64,000 nucleotides of DNA from Azolla caroliniana. Taxonomy: Eukaryota; Plantae; Polypodiophyta. Both the position numbers and the translations under genes were made by a program. The notes beneath the pieces are model-generated. The model searched no databases. It had not been told where the DNA came from and worked only from the letters and a program-made list of their open reading frames with translations. Position 1 is the stretch's first letter. Every line of letters starts with the position of its first letter. The stretch spans positions 20,584,001-20,648,000 of the forward strand of contig JBHGNT010000014.1 of the NCBI GenBank assembly GCA_043228905.1. Direction: 5' to 3'. This document shows positions 50,501 to 62,684 of this stretch, piece by piece.

Positions 50501-52986
50501 TGTCAATGAGGATTGTCTAGAGCTTCGTTAACATGGCAAAACCCAGTGGAATAAGAGAAAGGGCTTGTGGTCCCTAGTTTGGAGGAGGTTTCATCTGTAC
50601 GCCTAGGATCACATGGGTTGCATCCAATTGTGCATTATCATGGCTTTGAGTTATGATGTTATGTGGAGATGAGTGTATCCAATTGTGCACTATCAAGCTA
50701 CTTTCAGTTAGGCTTTGCATAAAGTCATTTAAAAGTTAGAAGCGAGTGGATAAGACATTACTGAAGAGGTGACACTTGACAGTGAGAAATGCTTGGCTTA
50801 TTCAAGCTAAAGAGAAGGGAAGTTAAGTTAGATGGCAGTGTAAGAAAGACTTTCCTTTTTCAAACAAACCTCTCTTTTAATGCGGAGCTTGAAACTCAGT
50901 TTTAAAAATAAAGAAAAGTCAGACTAGAGAACTGAGATCTGCAGGATACATAGCTCTTCTACTATTTGCTAGCGGGCCCATTAGAGATTACTTTTAGAAG
51001 CTATATAAATGAGTTTTAGTGCTGAAATAGGATAAAATTTCTGTCTGTGTTTAGAGAGAAACAGTCTCAGCTTAGATTATGCTGATAGATCAGAGTCAAT
51101 ATTGTGTCCAATGGCTCGTTTTTCCTCATGTTCTACCAAGGATTCTTGGGTGAACTCATTTAGTTGATGAATACACACACCAAATAAACTAAAGGATGGG
51201 GGGAATCCTTGTTTCACTCCCATCGTACTCATGAACTATCGAGGAAAGCTTTCATTTGTCTTCAGTGACCATCTTACTTGTTGGAGTAAGTGGGTCATTT
51301 GTTGCTTTCATGTGTCAGTAATAACAGAATTTTCGTTTCTTTCCCATATCTTTGTACTTTTGACTGTGTTATAGGCCTTCAAGCTGTCTCTCATCCATTA
51401 CAACCTGCAAACAAATGAGATGATGAATAGTGCTGTCTTTGGATCAAATCCATGCTTGTTCTAGAACTCTCTTGGTGTGTTTTTCAGCCCATGTACTGCG
51501 TTGATGTTTAAAGGCACTTAACCATTGGGTTAGCAGTACAATATCCCACTAAATTCTGCAATAGTTGGTGAGCTGATTTCCATCCCCTTATTTTTATAAT
51601 GTCGATCCACTTATCGTGCCAATCACAAGGAAACCTTGTGCTATTTCCTGATTTAGTAATGTATGTATCCATCCATTGCGTCAGTACATTTTAGCATTTC
51701 CGAGCAGAAATGTATTTGCAGCCTTGCTAGTTTGAAGTTTTTTATACTTTTCATAACCATCTTGTACTCAAAGTACTTCTGTGTGCATTTGAGGAAACAT
51801 GTCAACTGTGGGTTTTTCGTTCTTCATGTAATACTTGTTCCACTTGTGCCAAAATTTCAGTCAAGAAAGAAACAAAGACGTATTAACTTCTTTTAACAGA
51901 CCAATGTGGCCTATAAGAGCAAACAATAGATTACATCTTAAAATATTGTCTGTCTTTGAGAACAAGAAACCATAAATAAATGTAACTAAGTAAAAAATAA
52001 ATAGAAATAGAATAAGATGTAACCAAAGAATCTCATCATCTATACACGTAAGATTGTCATTTGTACCTTTGAAAGATCTTTAGCATTTACTTCCATGTGT
52101 TGTCCCTAGGCACACAGTAGGCCCCCTTTTGGTTCTATCATAGGACAATGCATTTTTCTTCGCTTTATCAAGTTCATATTATCTTATTTTCTTCCCTATA
52201 AAGGATATTATTATATTCCTTTCCTATATCTGTCCATACATAACTTGATTTTACAGTGGCTACCTTACATTCTTCATCGAACCATACAGTCTGAGGTGTT
52301 CCTTTTACGTCGCTTCTCATTGTATTAACATCCACTGTGTTAGTAGATTTGCAGAACATCATTTTTGAAAAACAAGTATGCATTCTCCATCTCGTATGGA
52401 ATGTGGTGACGCATGAGCAATTCCTCTATTGTGTCTGCGTGAGTATCTTGTTTGCCATAGATTAGCGTTGATTTGGGATCTGCAGAATATGGTAATTTCA
52501 TCTATACATGTATAGATTTGTGAACTAAATTTGACAATCTATTCCCAACTTCGAAATTTCCCATCAAATATAAGGCATCTCCAATCTTCATTAATCAATG
52601 ACCTATAGCTCCCTTGTTTGCTATATGACATCTCCAATTATTTCAGGCAGGTTTTTATTCCATTGAGCAGTACAATATGCATAGATTTCATCATACTTAT
52701 CATGGCTGATTGCATACTTCTAGTGCAGGCACATGAGTGTCTTTTCATAAGGGATCTATTTCTATGCAAGCATATCTGTTATATAGCACTAGTGAGAAAT
52801 CTGTGATTTTTGCAGGAAACAACTTTTATCGAACAACTTGTAGAGGATGAAAGTCAGATGGAAGGACTTCCGAATGGATGCTCGAAAATTATGATCTGGC
52901 ATCTCCATGTAGAAGCGCCAGATTTGCTATATCCTTCAGGGTGGACACTGGAAGACAATTTAAATGCTACAATAGTTTTCAAATAA
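41588..52986 (+). CDS. IRX9L: GT43 beta-1,4-xylosyltransferase IRX9-like (IRX9L/IRX9H); coding exons 41588-42459, 42836-43085, 52816-52986
   Basis: [11 protein letters not shown]-terminus, TM segment [88 protein letters not shown]|[17 protein letters not shown]...IMIWHLH...YPSGW. The GT-AG junctions keep the frame. Confidence 0.95.
44184..48900 (+). mobile_element. Old degenerate Ty1/Copia element in the last IRX9L intron; RT core missing
   Basis: Diverged LTR starts TGTTG..TA.AGGACAC at 44184 and 48768. Decayed PBS TGATATTAGAGC at about 44974; purine-rich GGTGGAGAT before the 3' LTR. Gag-like [27 protein letters not shown] and CYNYHQKGH, integrase [12 protein letters not shown]-end [13 protein letters not shown] and RNaseH KHVEV.HHFV remnants. 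Confidence 0.8.
44328..44779. mobile_element. hAT-type MITE (family B) inserted in the Copia 5' LTR
   Basis: Imperfect TIR TAACAATCGGCAATTGTTC / GAACCGTTGCCGATTTTTA. 8-bp TSD TATATTGT at 44320-44327 and 44780-44787. Many AACCG/CGGTT subterminal motifs around an AT-rich core. Confidence 0.9.
49561..49990 (-). mobile_element. 5'-truncated LINE family A 3' end
   Basis: The reverse complement ends AGGCCATTTTGGCCTCTTAAAAGACGTTAATATTTCTTTCTTTC and shares CGTGCACGTAGGCCC and ATTCTGGATC blocks with 7480-7890. Confidence 0.8.
50094..50460 (-). mobile_element. Copia RT fragment
   Basis: [39 protein letters not shown] matches the Copia RT motif WxLxQMDVKxAFLxGxLxEExYxxQPxGF. Confidence 0.75.
51864..52760 (-). 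mobile_element. Internally deleted LINE family A-like copy (endonuclease/linker remnant plus tail)
   Basis: Tail at 51864-52085 is homologous to 49561-49810. The minus-strand ORF 52174-52383 contains WFDEECK, a post-endonuclease LINE motif. Confidence 0.7.
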
Positions 52987-53989
52987 AATATTATACACAG
53001 CTCGCTTGATCAGTTGTAAAGCATATGCCAGAATTCTCTAACAATAAGCATAACAAGTTTTTCAAATGTTTTTGAGAGAGAAGCTTGGTAATCACATTGA
53101 AGATGTCCGATTAAATGTTGAAGCAGATCACTCAAGAGGCTGAGATTGTGTGAAATTAGTATGACGTTTTCTTTCAAAGAAAATTAGCTGCTATAGGCTC
53201 TGGATCAAAGTGGCAGTTGAGCATTTAAACTTGATCGATAATGAGTTGTAAATGGTTTCCAGACCTCTATAGTTTTCTGAAATTTATGTCTTGTCAAGCA
53301 ATTCTACATGTGGTGGCTCTGTTGATTCATTTCAATACTCGGAAGAATAAGCCCATTCCTATGTTCCAACCAGTAAATAGTTTTCTGCATAACAATGAAT
53401 ATGCCCTCCCTATTTTTTGCCAGCATGATTGCAATCTTGATGTAGAGGATCTTTGTTGTGATTCCTTTTGTCTTGGGTCATATATTTCTGTAACAATATG
53501 CGGCATCATGAAACAACAGTCTTGGTATTAATGTGTTGGAAATGGCATATGGTTTTGTTTTGGAAATGGTCCACGAGTTTTGTTTGACAGAGTTATGTAG
53601 ATTGGAGAAGCTTTTGTTCATAATGCAATATCATTTGAGCTGATAAGAAGCTATATTTAATTCCCAAACTGAAGGAGACATGAACCATATGGTAGCATTA
53701 TACACTGAATAGCATGCTGAAAATTTGCCATTCTTGATATTAAGGCAGAGATGGAAATTCGAGACTACACACTGATATGAACATTGACAAGGCGTTTTTT
53801 GTGCTTATGTCTATTTACAATATTCTTTGAGGTGGTATTCTAAAATTAGCCAAACAAATGTTCTTTCCTAGGTGGAGTGTCCTGTCTTGGCAATTCAACA
53901 CATTCCACTACCCATGTTGTGGTGACCATACAACATGGTGGTGCCATTGCAGTGTTTTTCACACATTTAGTAATATTTTTGTGTGTTTT

Positions 53990-54720
53990 CACCAAACAAA
54001 GAGAGAAAGATATATTAATGGCTCCTAAAACCAAAATTGAAAACCAATGATATAATAATGGGATGTGCACCCAATCATCCAAAAAAAAAAAAAAAAACAT
54101 TGGTATGCGATAAGTAAGTGATATTCATCCTCCACTAGGTTTTCATTGCATGCCTTGCATATGGTCATATTTGGATGATGAAGCCATGATGCTACCTCAA
54201 CACTTATCTTGTGTGAGCAAGTCAGAAGCAATGTTAAGGCTTTCTGAGAAGCTAAGACTCATGGGGGTAATGAGATGTGATTGGGTATGCTCCGGCATTT
54301 TTTCCTTGTATTGGGGCCAACATTAATATTTGCATTGCATTATTCCATTTTTGATATTTTTTGCAACTTCATCCTCGATACCTATTGTAATATATCCTCA
54401 CTGATCACACACTTCATAACATTACTTGAGAGCTCCCCAATGATCTTTTTCTCCCCATCTCTTAAACCATTTCATAAAGTCAAGCGCCCAACCATGAGAG
54501 AGGATTTTCCTCATATTAGATTTTTGTAGCTTGCACCCTATGTTCCAACCTTGTTTGGGCAATCTATGATCAAGCCCATTCCTTTTGTTATAAAGGAAAC
54601 AAAGTTGGATTTGACATGCAAGGCTAAACTCAAAGCATCTATTGAGAATTTCATGGATGGAAAAGCACATCCTTTGATTAACAAAGCAAGATTCCTCCAA
54701 CACTCAAAATGTGCCTTACA
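53990..54720 (-). mobile_element. LINE ORF2 C-terminal fragment (zinc-knuckle region)
   Basis: SHKISVEVASW...TICKACNENLVEDEYHLLIA fits the HxLxxExGxW..CxxC..VEDExH..C terminal motif of RTEX/CR1-group LINEs. A poly-T/A tract lies at 54081-54098. Confidence 0.7.
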
Positions 54721-55175
54721 GGATTAGTAACGTGTAAATATGGGGAGCGAGCAAAGTACGAAATGTACCCCATCAACTGTAGCAACTAATCGTGAAATGT
54801 GTGCAAGATGATAATAAAAAATGATATGAGGCTGGTGACCAGTTGGGACTCGTATTGCATGGCAATCTAGGCCTTCTTGGTCTCACAGATCTTAGCCATT
54901 TCGTGATGATGGAGGGATCGGATCGAGCAAGAAGAACCTTTTGAGGCACGAGACTTGTAGAGGGTGAAACACGATAGACGATAAGAAGTGAAACATGCAT
55001 GAGCTTTTTCATCAAGGTGTGAAATGGACCAAACACATGTAGGAGAAGACGAAGAAGAAGAAGAAAAGGAAGAGGGGCCAAATGAAGCATATAAATTCAG
55101 AGTTTTATTTTCTGTTGGGCAAATTAGGGTTTGTGCGAGTTAGGGTGTGGGTGCTGAGTGTCTTTTTATTCTGAG

Positions 55176-56912
55176 ATGGCGAGCGAGAAGAAGGAAACTA
55201 CAGACGAGCGCCATGACAGAGATGATGGCGGTCATGCTGACAGAAGCAGAAGCAGTAACAGAAGAAGCAGAAAGATGAGTCCTGTCGTCAGTCGAGATCA
55301 AGGTAGCCATAGACATCACCACGAAGGCAATGATTGCGAAGGGAAGGTAGCAAAGGAAGGTAATAGCTCAAGGTCAAGGGACTTCAGCGAAGGTGAATCA
55401 AGGTCCAGGTATGCCAGGTCTAGGTCCAGGTCCAGGTCCAGGTCAAGACCTAGATCAGGATCAATGTCGAAGCGGAGACGCAGGTCAAGTTCAATGACAA
55501 GGCACAGGTCCAGGTCTCCATCTCCACATGTCAATGGATCAGCTTCGAAGCGATCGACACGGACTTCAAGGTCCAGGTCTAGGTCCAGGTCCAGGTCGAG
55601 GCATGTGTCAAAGTCGAAGTCAAGACATCGTTCAAGGTCTCGTTCAAGGTCTCCACGCAGCAATGGGAAAGGACCGAAGAAACGTGCAAGTGGATTTGAT
55701 GTGCCTCCCGAATCAATGGCAACAATGATGATGGTGAACGGCCTCGCACCAGCACAACCACCACCTCTTGTGAATAGTACTTCATACCTTCCCCACCCAC
55801 TCGTTCCTGTGGCTCCTTCTTCGGTATCCTTGTTGATGAACCCTGGTCTATCAAACCTTGTGGCAGTGAAGCATGCTAAGCGTGTGTATGTGGGCCGGCT
55901 TCCACCGGGTGCCAATGAGCAATCTATTGCTGCCTTCTTCAACCAAGTAATGCGCCTTGTCGGTGCTGTCACTCTCTTTGGCGACCCCGTTGTGAATGTA
56001 TACGTGAATTACGACAAGAATTTTGCCTTTGTTGAGATGAGAACGGTTGAGGAAGCCTCAAATGCTATGGCTTTGGATGGTGTCATGTTTGAAGGAATTG
56101 GGTTAAGTGTTCGCCGACCAACCGATTATGATCCCAACTCTGCTGCTTTGCTTGGTCCTATTCAACCAAATCCTGACCTTAACCTTGCTTTAGTCGGGCT
56201 TTCTTCACGAAGCATCGTGAATAGTTGCCCTCATAAGATCTTTGTTGGGGGCCTTCCTCACCATTTTGTTGAAGAAGAGGTCAAATCGTTGCTAGAATCT
56301 GTTGGGCCCATCCATGGCCTAGACTTGGTTAAGGATAATGATACTGGAAACTCCAAAGGTTATGCATTTTGTGTCTACCAAGATCCAAGTATGACTGATT
56401 ATGCATGTAGTGTTCTGAATGGTGTCAAAATTGGTGATCGGACCTTAACTGTTAGAAGGGCTGCTGTTGGAAATGAAAGAAAACCAGATGAACAACTAGC
56501 ATTCCAACAACAATCTATGGGTGTTCCTTATAATATGCTATTAGGACAACTTCCAACCATATCTGTTGGAAGTGCGAACACAGAGTCGCCCACTAAGGTT
56601 TTGTGCCTGACACAACTTGTTTCAATAGATGAGCTAAGAGATGATCAAGAGTTTGAGGATATATACCAAGATATACGAGATGAATGTGGGAAGTTCGGTG
56701 CCATTGTGAACCTTGTTATTCCGAGACCAAATTCGAAAGGAGAGGAGGTTCCTGGGCTTGGCAAGGCATTTGTGGAATATGTGGACACACAAAGTTCTAT
56801 GAAAGCCAAGGCGGCTTTAAATGGGAGAGGTTTTGGAGGCAATATTGTGCGAGCGGTTTATTATTCTGAAGACAAGTTTACACAGGGGGAATTCAATGAT
56901 GCTATATCCTGA
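55176..56912 (+). CDS. U2AF65: Splicing factor U2AF large subunit (U2AF65/U2AF2-like), single exon
   Basis: Uninterrupted ORF of 578 aa from ATG 55176. It has an RS domain, KRASGFDVPP (plant ULM-like), RRM1 KRVYVGRLP...NFAFVEMRTVEEASNAMALDG, RRM2 KIFVGGLP...TGNSKGYAFCVYQD and a UHM PTKVLCLTQ...DIRDECGKFG...GLGKAFVEY...LNGRGFGG. Telo-box TTAGGGTTT at 55124-55132. Confidence 0.95.
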   Translation: MASEKKETTDERHDRDDGGHADRSRSSNRRSRKMSPVVSRDQGSHRHHHEGNDCEGKVAKEGNSSRSRDFSEGESRSRYARSRSRSRSRSRPRSGSMSKRRRRSSSMTRHRSRSPSPHVNGSASKRSTRTSRSRSRSRSRSRHVSKSKSRHRSRSRSRSPRSNGKGPKKRASGFDVPPESMATMMMVNGLAPAQPPPLVNSTSYLPHPLVPVAPSSVSLLMNPGLSNLVAVKHAKRVYVGRLPPGANEQSIAAFFNQVMRLVGAVTLFGDPVVNVYVNYDKNFAFVEMRTVEEASNAMALDGVMFEGIGLSVRRPTDYDPNSAALLGPIQPNPDLNLALVGLSSRSIVNSCPHKIFVGGLPHHFVEEEVKSLLESVGPIHGLDLVKDNDTGNSKGYAFCVYQDPSMTDYACSVLNGVKIGDRTLTVRRAAVGNERKPDEQLAFQQQSMGVPYNMLLGQLPTISVGSANTESPTKVLCLTQLVSIDELRDDQEFEDIYQDIRDECGKFGAIVNLVIPRPNSKGEEVPGLGKAFVEYVDTQSSMKAKAALNGRGFGGNIVRAVYYSEDKFTQGEFNDAIS

Positions 56913-59900
56913 GTGAGAATGTCTGGAAATTTACTTTTGTTTCCTATCTAACCTTGTAGGTGACATTTTGTTGGGATGATGTTGCAAAAACATTCACGGT
57001 ACACAAATGAGAATTTCCTTTGAACCAGTATTTTTTTGTGTGCTTCATTCCTATGTTTCAATGTGTATCGTTTTAGACCGTATGGATTTCATTTAAGCTG
57101 AGTGTTACTGATCTAGAGCTTGTGTATTGTTTGGGGTTTTAGGCAGAATTCTTTGTCATCCAAATTAAAGCACCTGACGTGTACGAACAAGCAAGGTACT
57201 ATTATTTGGCCTTACATTAGAAGATGAATTGGAAGTTGTGGACTCAAAACAATGTATCAAATATAAGCTACTTTTCTTATTATAGATACAGAAAAGTTGA
57301 GAAATGATTGTTTGTGTAGGTTCTGTGAAAACCCTGTAACTGTAGCAGCAAGGAGAATGAAGATTATGTTATCGTTGTGATCATATGGTCATATTTTCTC
57401 ATCTTGTGTGCTTGTTAATTGTGGCTCTATGACTTTGAATTATGCCTTAAATTTGAAGCACAAAGTAAAGGTTTCTAATGGAACTTTGCCTTCAATCAAG
57501 AAGTTTCAAATTTTAATCTTGACTCTCAAAAAAGGTGTTATTAATCTATATATCTACAAATGCTATGCATAGTTATTGCAACCTTAGGAAAACTTTAGGT
57601 TTTTTATAAATCCCAAAATGAGTCAAGTTCAAAGTTAAGTGGACAAGTAATGAACTTTTGCAAACTTGGCTGGTTCCAACTTCCCTTAGTGGACTGATTG
57701 ATGATGGTGATTTTTATAGGTGGTTTTGTAACTTGAAAGGGCCGAGTTCATGTTGTCGAGATGCCTCCATAGTTCACCCTTGATAGCCTTTTCATGGTTT
57801 GTAGCTCCCCATCCTTGGCTTTGACCTGGTTATACATTTAGTATGTCACAAAATCATACTTTTTGGTATATATGGAGGAAATGGATTCAAGAAGTTTGAC
57901 CTTTAATTATCATGGTTGAGAACAGTTGGGAACCATGTTTCACTAAAGGCACAACGGAAATGCTTATGTAATTCCTGACTATGATGAGCTTATTTTTAAA
58001 AAAATTGCTTGTTGGAGAATGATTATATATTTACTCTTTAAGAAATGAGGCAAAGTGCACATACATAGGAAATTGCTTCAAAATATTGAGTTTATTGGGT
58101 AAAAACAATGCAATGTGTTTTTTCGTTATTGAGAATTGATTCACATTTTACAGTTTCGTTCTGTCAAGTCTTTAATATGTAGCATTCTCTCTCTCCCCCC
58201 ACCTTGCTAAATCGAGAGATAGAAAAGCTCTAGCTGAAGGTTTTGGAGAGTGACATGCACAATAGCCATTGAACATCCCTTTAGTCGAATGAGTGCATGC
58301 TTTTGGGTGCATTCATGTGTTGCTAGGTGTGGTCTTAAAAGGCAATGATGGTGAATTGTCATTATTGCTTGTGTTGTCGTTGCTTTGGGTAGATTTCTTT
58401 ACTATAGCCGCATATGGTGCTTTTCTTTGAGTTTCTTTGGTGTTGATCACCCTTGAGCATCAGTCTTGATTGTAAGTGTCATCTCACAAGCATTAGTGTT
58501 GATTAAGGTTGTTGTAGCCATTCCATTAATTTGGCATGGAAGGTAAGAGGCTGCTCGGATTGCATAATATATTATCAACTTGTAGTTTTGTTTGGTGCTA
58601 TTTAATTGTTGTTTTGCTTGGCTAGATGGGATGTGTGAGGAGAGCATCTACTAGGCGCTCTTCCATATTCTTGTAGTGCTCAACACCAACAATGAAACAA
58701 GCTATGATTGTGCTGTGCTCATCATAACATTCATACACTGCAGATGCTAGCAGTAGGGGTCTTGGGCTTCTTCTTGTCAATAACTTCTCATCACACTTGA
58801 TTACCCAGTCTGCCTCGGGATTACAACCTAAGATCCCCGTGTCAAATTCCATTGTAATTGACTGGTTGTTCATCAATGGGTTCTCTTCTTGTTCATATAC
58901 ATTGTGTATAGACTTAGATGCATTAGGTCTTATTATCCTTATGTACGTAGAGCATGTCATGTCCAAAATCCATAAGCAATTGATTATTTGCAAGGGTTGG
59001 CCTAATGAGCAAGTGGCAGATATTTGATTTGTTAACCATGTAACCATGAAAACATACTGCTCTACCTAGTGTATTGTAAATTTTGGTGGATATATGTTTG
59101 GTGTACTCTGTAGTGTATTGGGAGCAATTAGATGCATAAAATTGCCTAAACTTGTGAGTGTTCAACATACCACTATTGAGTTGTATCAGTGAGGTTTATG
59201 ATGCAAGTTTTGACTGGAAAACTGTCTAAAACGTTATGAAGAAATAAAATCCAAGGAATGGTGAGATTCAAACCTACACTTATAGATCTGCTACGAATAG
59301 ATCAAGCTAAATATGTGTTATGCATGTGTTGGGAGAGATGGATGGATTTTATTGTTGGCCTTAGAGCTGAAAATTGATGTAGTAGATCAAAGTGAAACAT
59401 TTTTATGTAGTTTGTGTGGAAGACCTAAGATGAATTTACTTGGATGTTCTCTCTCAATGCTTGTCATTACTTGGATGACGTCGTTTCTTCTTGGCAAGGT
59501 TGTTTTCAAGATTGTTCCATTGTTTGCCTCTTATAGATGACCTAGGGACGATTGGAGGTCCCTAGGTGTGAAATTTGGGGCCATGGCCTAGGGACTATTT
59601 GAGGTCCCTATGTTCCAATGGCTTCTTTTCATCATGAACATTGGTAGATGTACAGGTTCGAAACTCACCGTTTGTTGGATTTTATTTCTTTGTAATGTTT
59701 CATTTGGTTTTTGAGCCAAAACCTTTGTCATAAACTGCTCGATACAGTTTGGTAGTGGTATGCCGAGCACTAGGAAGTGTGGGTCCAAATTCTACTTCTC
59801 GCAAGTTTAGGCAATTTTACATATATGTTCTCAATTGGTGCTCAGATTATTGAATTGAAATTTTAGTTGCAATCTCTTGCAACCCTTGATTAGTCTTGAA

Positions 59901-60321
59901 TGATAAGGGTGCTATTACAATCCTTTCATCAAGGACATAAATTTCTCGTACATGAAGGTAAAAATCAAGATGCAAATCTCGTACATGAACTTATGATAAA
60001 TTGTTAAAGATGCTGAAATCAAGGTTCTTACAATGAGGTTGAAGAAGGTCAGGGAAAGAACTACGAAAAATATTCGTTGCATAGTTGTGATGAGCCTCTC
60101 TTATTGACTACAAGTTTGTGTGGGTCATTGTGAGCCTCTCATGTCTTTTGTTATTCTATAATCCACTCACTACCTCACCGTCAATCCAAAAATGACCATC
60201 TTGAGGAACAAACTCTCCTTCTTTTATAGCTCTAATGCGCTCTCTTGCTAATAGTAGAAACATTCTTTTGTAGCATGTCTCACTGCATTTCATTGGATGA
60301 GCGCTTTCACAAAAATGTACG

Positions 60322-60458
60322 TCCTTGGATGTAGCTTTTCCACACTAATTAATTGAGATATAAATGTTCCTTGGATGTAGCTTTTCCACACTAATTAATT
60401 GAGATATAAATGTTCCTTGGATGTAGCTTTTATACACTAATTAATTGAGATATAAATA
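60322..60458. repeat. 46-bp tandem repeat x3
   Basis: TCCTTGGATGTAGCTTTTCCACACTAATTAATTGAGATATAAATGT starts at 60322, 60368 and 60414. Confidence 0.95.
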
Positions 60459-61139
60459 TTTTTTACTTGTAACTAACTTTTATCATTTAATTGACACACT
60501 GCATGTGTTCCTTATTTAGAAATCATCGATGTAGTTAAGATAACTATATTTCTTAACTAGATTAATGATTAAGTGGGTGTTGATTTTATATTAACTTAAG
60601 AAGGCTTCGACGCTTCGAGGCTTCCAGGATTACATGGACCGGAAAAGTAGCACCTTTATGTGTTGTCATGTATGATGGGGTTTTTGTCATTGAGGAGTGA
60701 TATCTTCAAACCCTTAGTAAGCCCACCAAGAGGAAGGTGACTATTTAGGACTCGGTAGTGACCATTGGAAGTGCAACACTCCATGGTATAAGTCACGTTG
60801 GCCCACTTCAAGAAAAGAAATTTTACTTCGTACAACATACAAGCACACAACAAAAGCAACATGTGCCATATTCCCACACACATTGAGGATCATAACAACA
60901 CACATGTTACATCGATGATCATGTTATTGTCAATCATGCACGAGTCCTTAATGCACTTGCTAACAATCACACTGACCTTAATATGGTTATTAACAATAAC
61001 ACCACTCTTCGTAACCACCCTTTTCCTCTACATTCACCATCTTTTTCCTCACTTTCGCAACTTTCACATGTAGTACAATGTTGTGATGAAAATAAATGTG
61101 TGCATATGAAATGTTGGGGGAACCATCTGTGACCTAGAC

Positions 61140-61700
61140 TAACATAGATGGCTTGTCAATGAAGGGTTGTAGTTGGCACTTCTTTCGTTTTCTTCAAGTC
61201 GAGCCTCAATTCTAATTCATGTAGGTACCATTGTAAACATGCACTATGTGTGTACGCAACATGCTTGTACTTGGGGATTGTGTGCGTTGGAATGTGCGAG
61301 TATGCTTGAAAGTGTGTGCTTTATCATTTGAGATGTGTATTATCTCCTCTCTTTTCCTTAGTGGTTTGACAAGAATCATGAGCTATTGTAAAATTGGATG
61401 TCACATCATGACCTGACTAATGGCATGTCCAAGCCCATGAGGTAGATGAGGTATAGGGTGCATGTAGATGAGTTGTAGTTTGATGCCGTTGTTGTGTTGC
61501 CTATGACATGTTCTCAATAAACACCCATCTTCATCCCTAGTCTCCAAGATGAGCATCTCTTGTATTTCAAAGGGGATACAACCAAGCTTCTCCTCGCATC
61601 TAAGCAAACGAGATCGTTTTTGAAGAACACAATATCTTTTTCTAACAAACATTACTGAGCTCAATGCGTTCTGGTATGAAAGAGTCTCAACATCCACTCG
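61140..61700. mobile_element. Possible decayed Mutator-like transposase fragments
   Basis: The plus strand reads MKGCSW..F / HCKHALCV (SWIM-like) at about 61155-61255. The minus strand reads KLGCIPFEI...HRQHN at 61401-61697. The motifs are weak and on opposite strands. Confidence 0.3.
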
Positions 61701-62684
61701 AGTAGCGAAAATCTTGCAAGCAATGTATATGTATATGCATGCATACTATGCAATTGACATGTCTATTAGCTACCAAATCATAAATAGGGCTCGCGAGGGA
61801 ATCACACGGCCACAAACAATGCATGTTGCTCCGTAGAGGGAGTGTGTGATCTGCACCGTTCGATTTGGGAAAAAAACGCCCGATAAAAAAAGTTTTCAGA
61901 GGTCGCCCAACCATGACAACTTGGTCGCCCAACCTATTAGCCAAGTTTGGTCGCCCAACCTATTTTAATCAGGTTGCCCACCCGTGTATCTCCGAAGCCA
62001 AGTTTGGTTGCCCAACCTAACGTATAAACATGAGAAACTTGCCATTTTCTCTCATTTTTCAAACGAGATTTTCAGGGTTTTCTACCGGGAAAGATTTTCA
62101 ACTAGATCATACTTGTCATTTTCTCTCATTTGCCACATCTACCTTCGCCCCCATTTACACCGAAGGTAATTATTTTACTTGTTTCTACTTTTTCTACAAT
62201 TTTTTTGGGTGTAAATGTTTTTTTTCATGTTGAGGGTTTAGGTTCAAGGAAATGTAATGGTTTGCTTGATCATTTATTTTAGAAAATGTTTAGGGTTTTG
62301 CATGATAATGGATTGTTGATTATTGATATTTGATTATTTAGGATTTTGGTTTATTTATGGTTACTAGGTTTTTTGGTGTAAATGCCATTTTTCATGTCAC
62401 AGGTTTAGGGTTTTTGGGTGTAAATGCCACATTTCATGTTGTAGGTTTAGGGTTTAGAAAATGTTTAGGGTTTAGGTTTAGGGATCGGGGAAATGTTTAG
62501 GGTTTTGCTTGATGGTTGATTATTGATTATTTAGGGTTTTGTTATGATGAAATTTGTTGGTGTAAATCATGTTTTTCATGTCGAGGGTTTAGGGTTCAGG
62601 AAAATGTTTACAGTTTTGCTTGATGGTTGATTATTGATTATTTGGGGTTTTACTTGAGTTATGATTAAATTTCTTGGTGTAAAT

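Noticed and set aside
55316-55972. 218-aa minus-strand ORF with DLDLDL repeats
   Set aside because: Antisense shadow of the U2AF65 RS domain.
56913-56959. Possible 47-nt intron right after the U2AF65 stop (GTGAGA...CTAAC...TTGTAG)
   Set aside because: Shorter than typical plant introns and no transcript evidence; it may just be an acceptor-like chance match.
57200-60300. Short ORFs such as 58622-59047, and a 10-bp hairpin ACCTAGGGAC/GTCCCTAGGT at about 59540-59567
   Set aside because: No recognisable domain or termini; probably decayed repeat, cannot be assigned.
60322-60458. 46-bp repeats as a possible CRISPR array
   Set aside because: Contiguous units without spacers.
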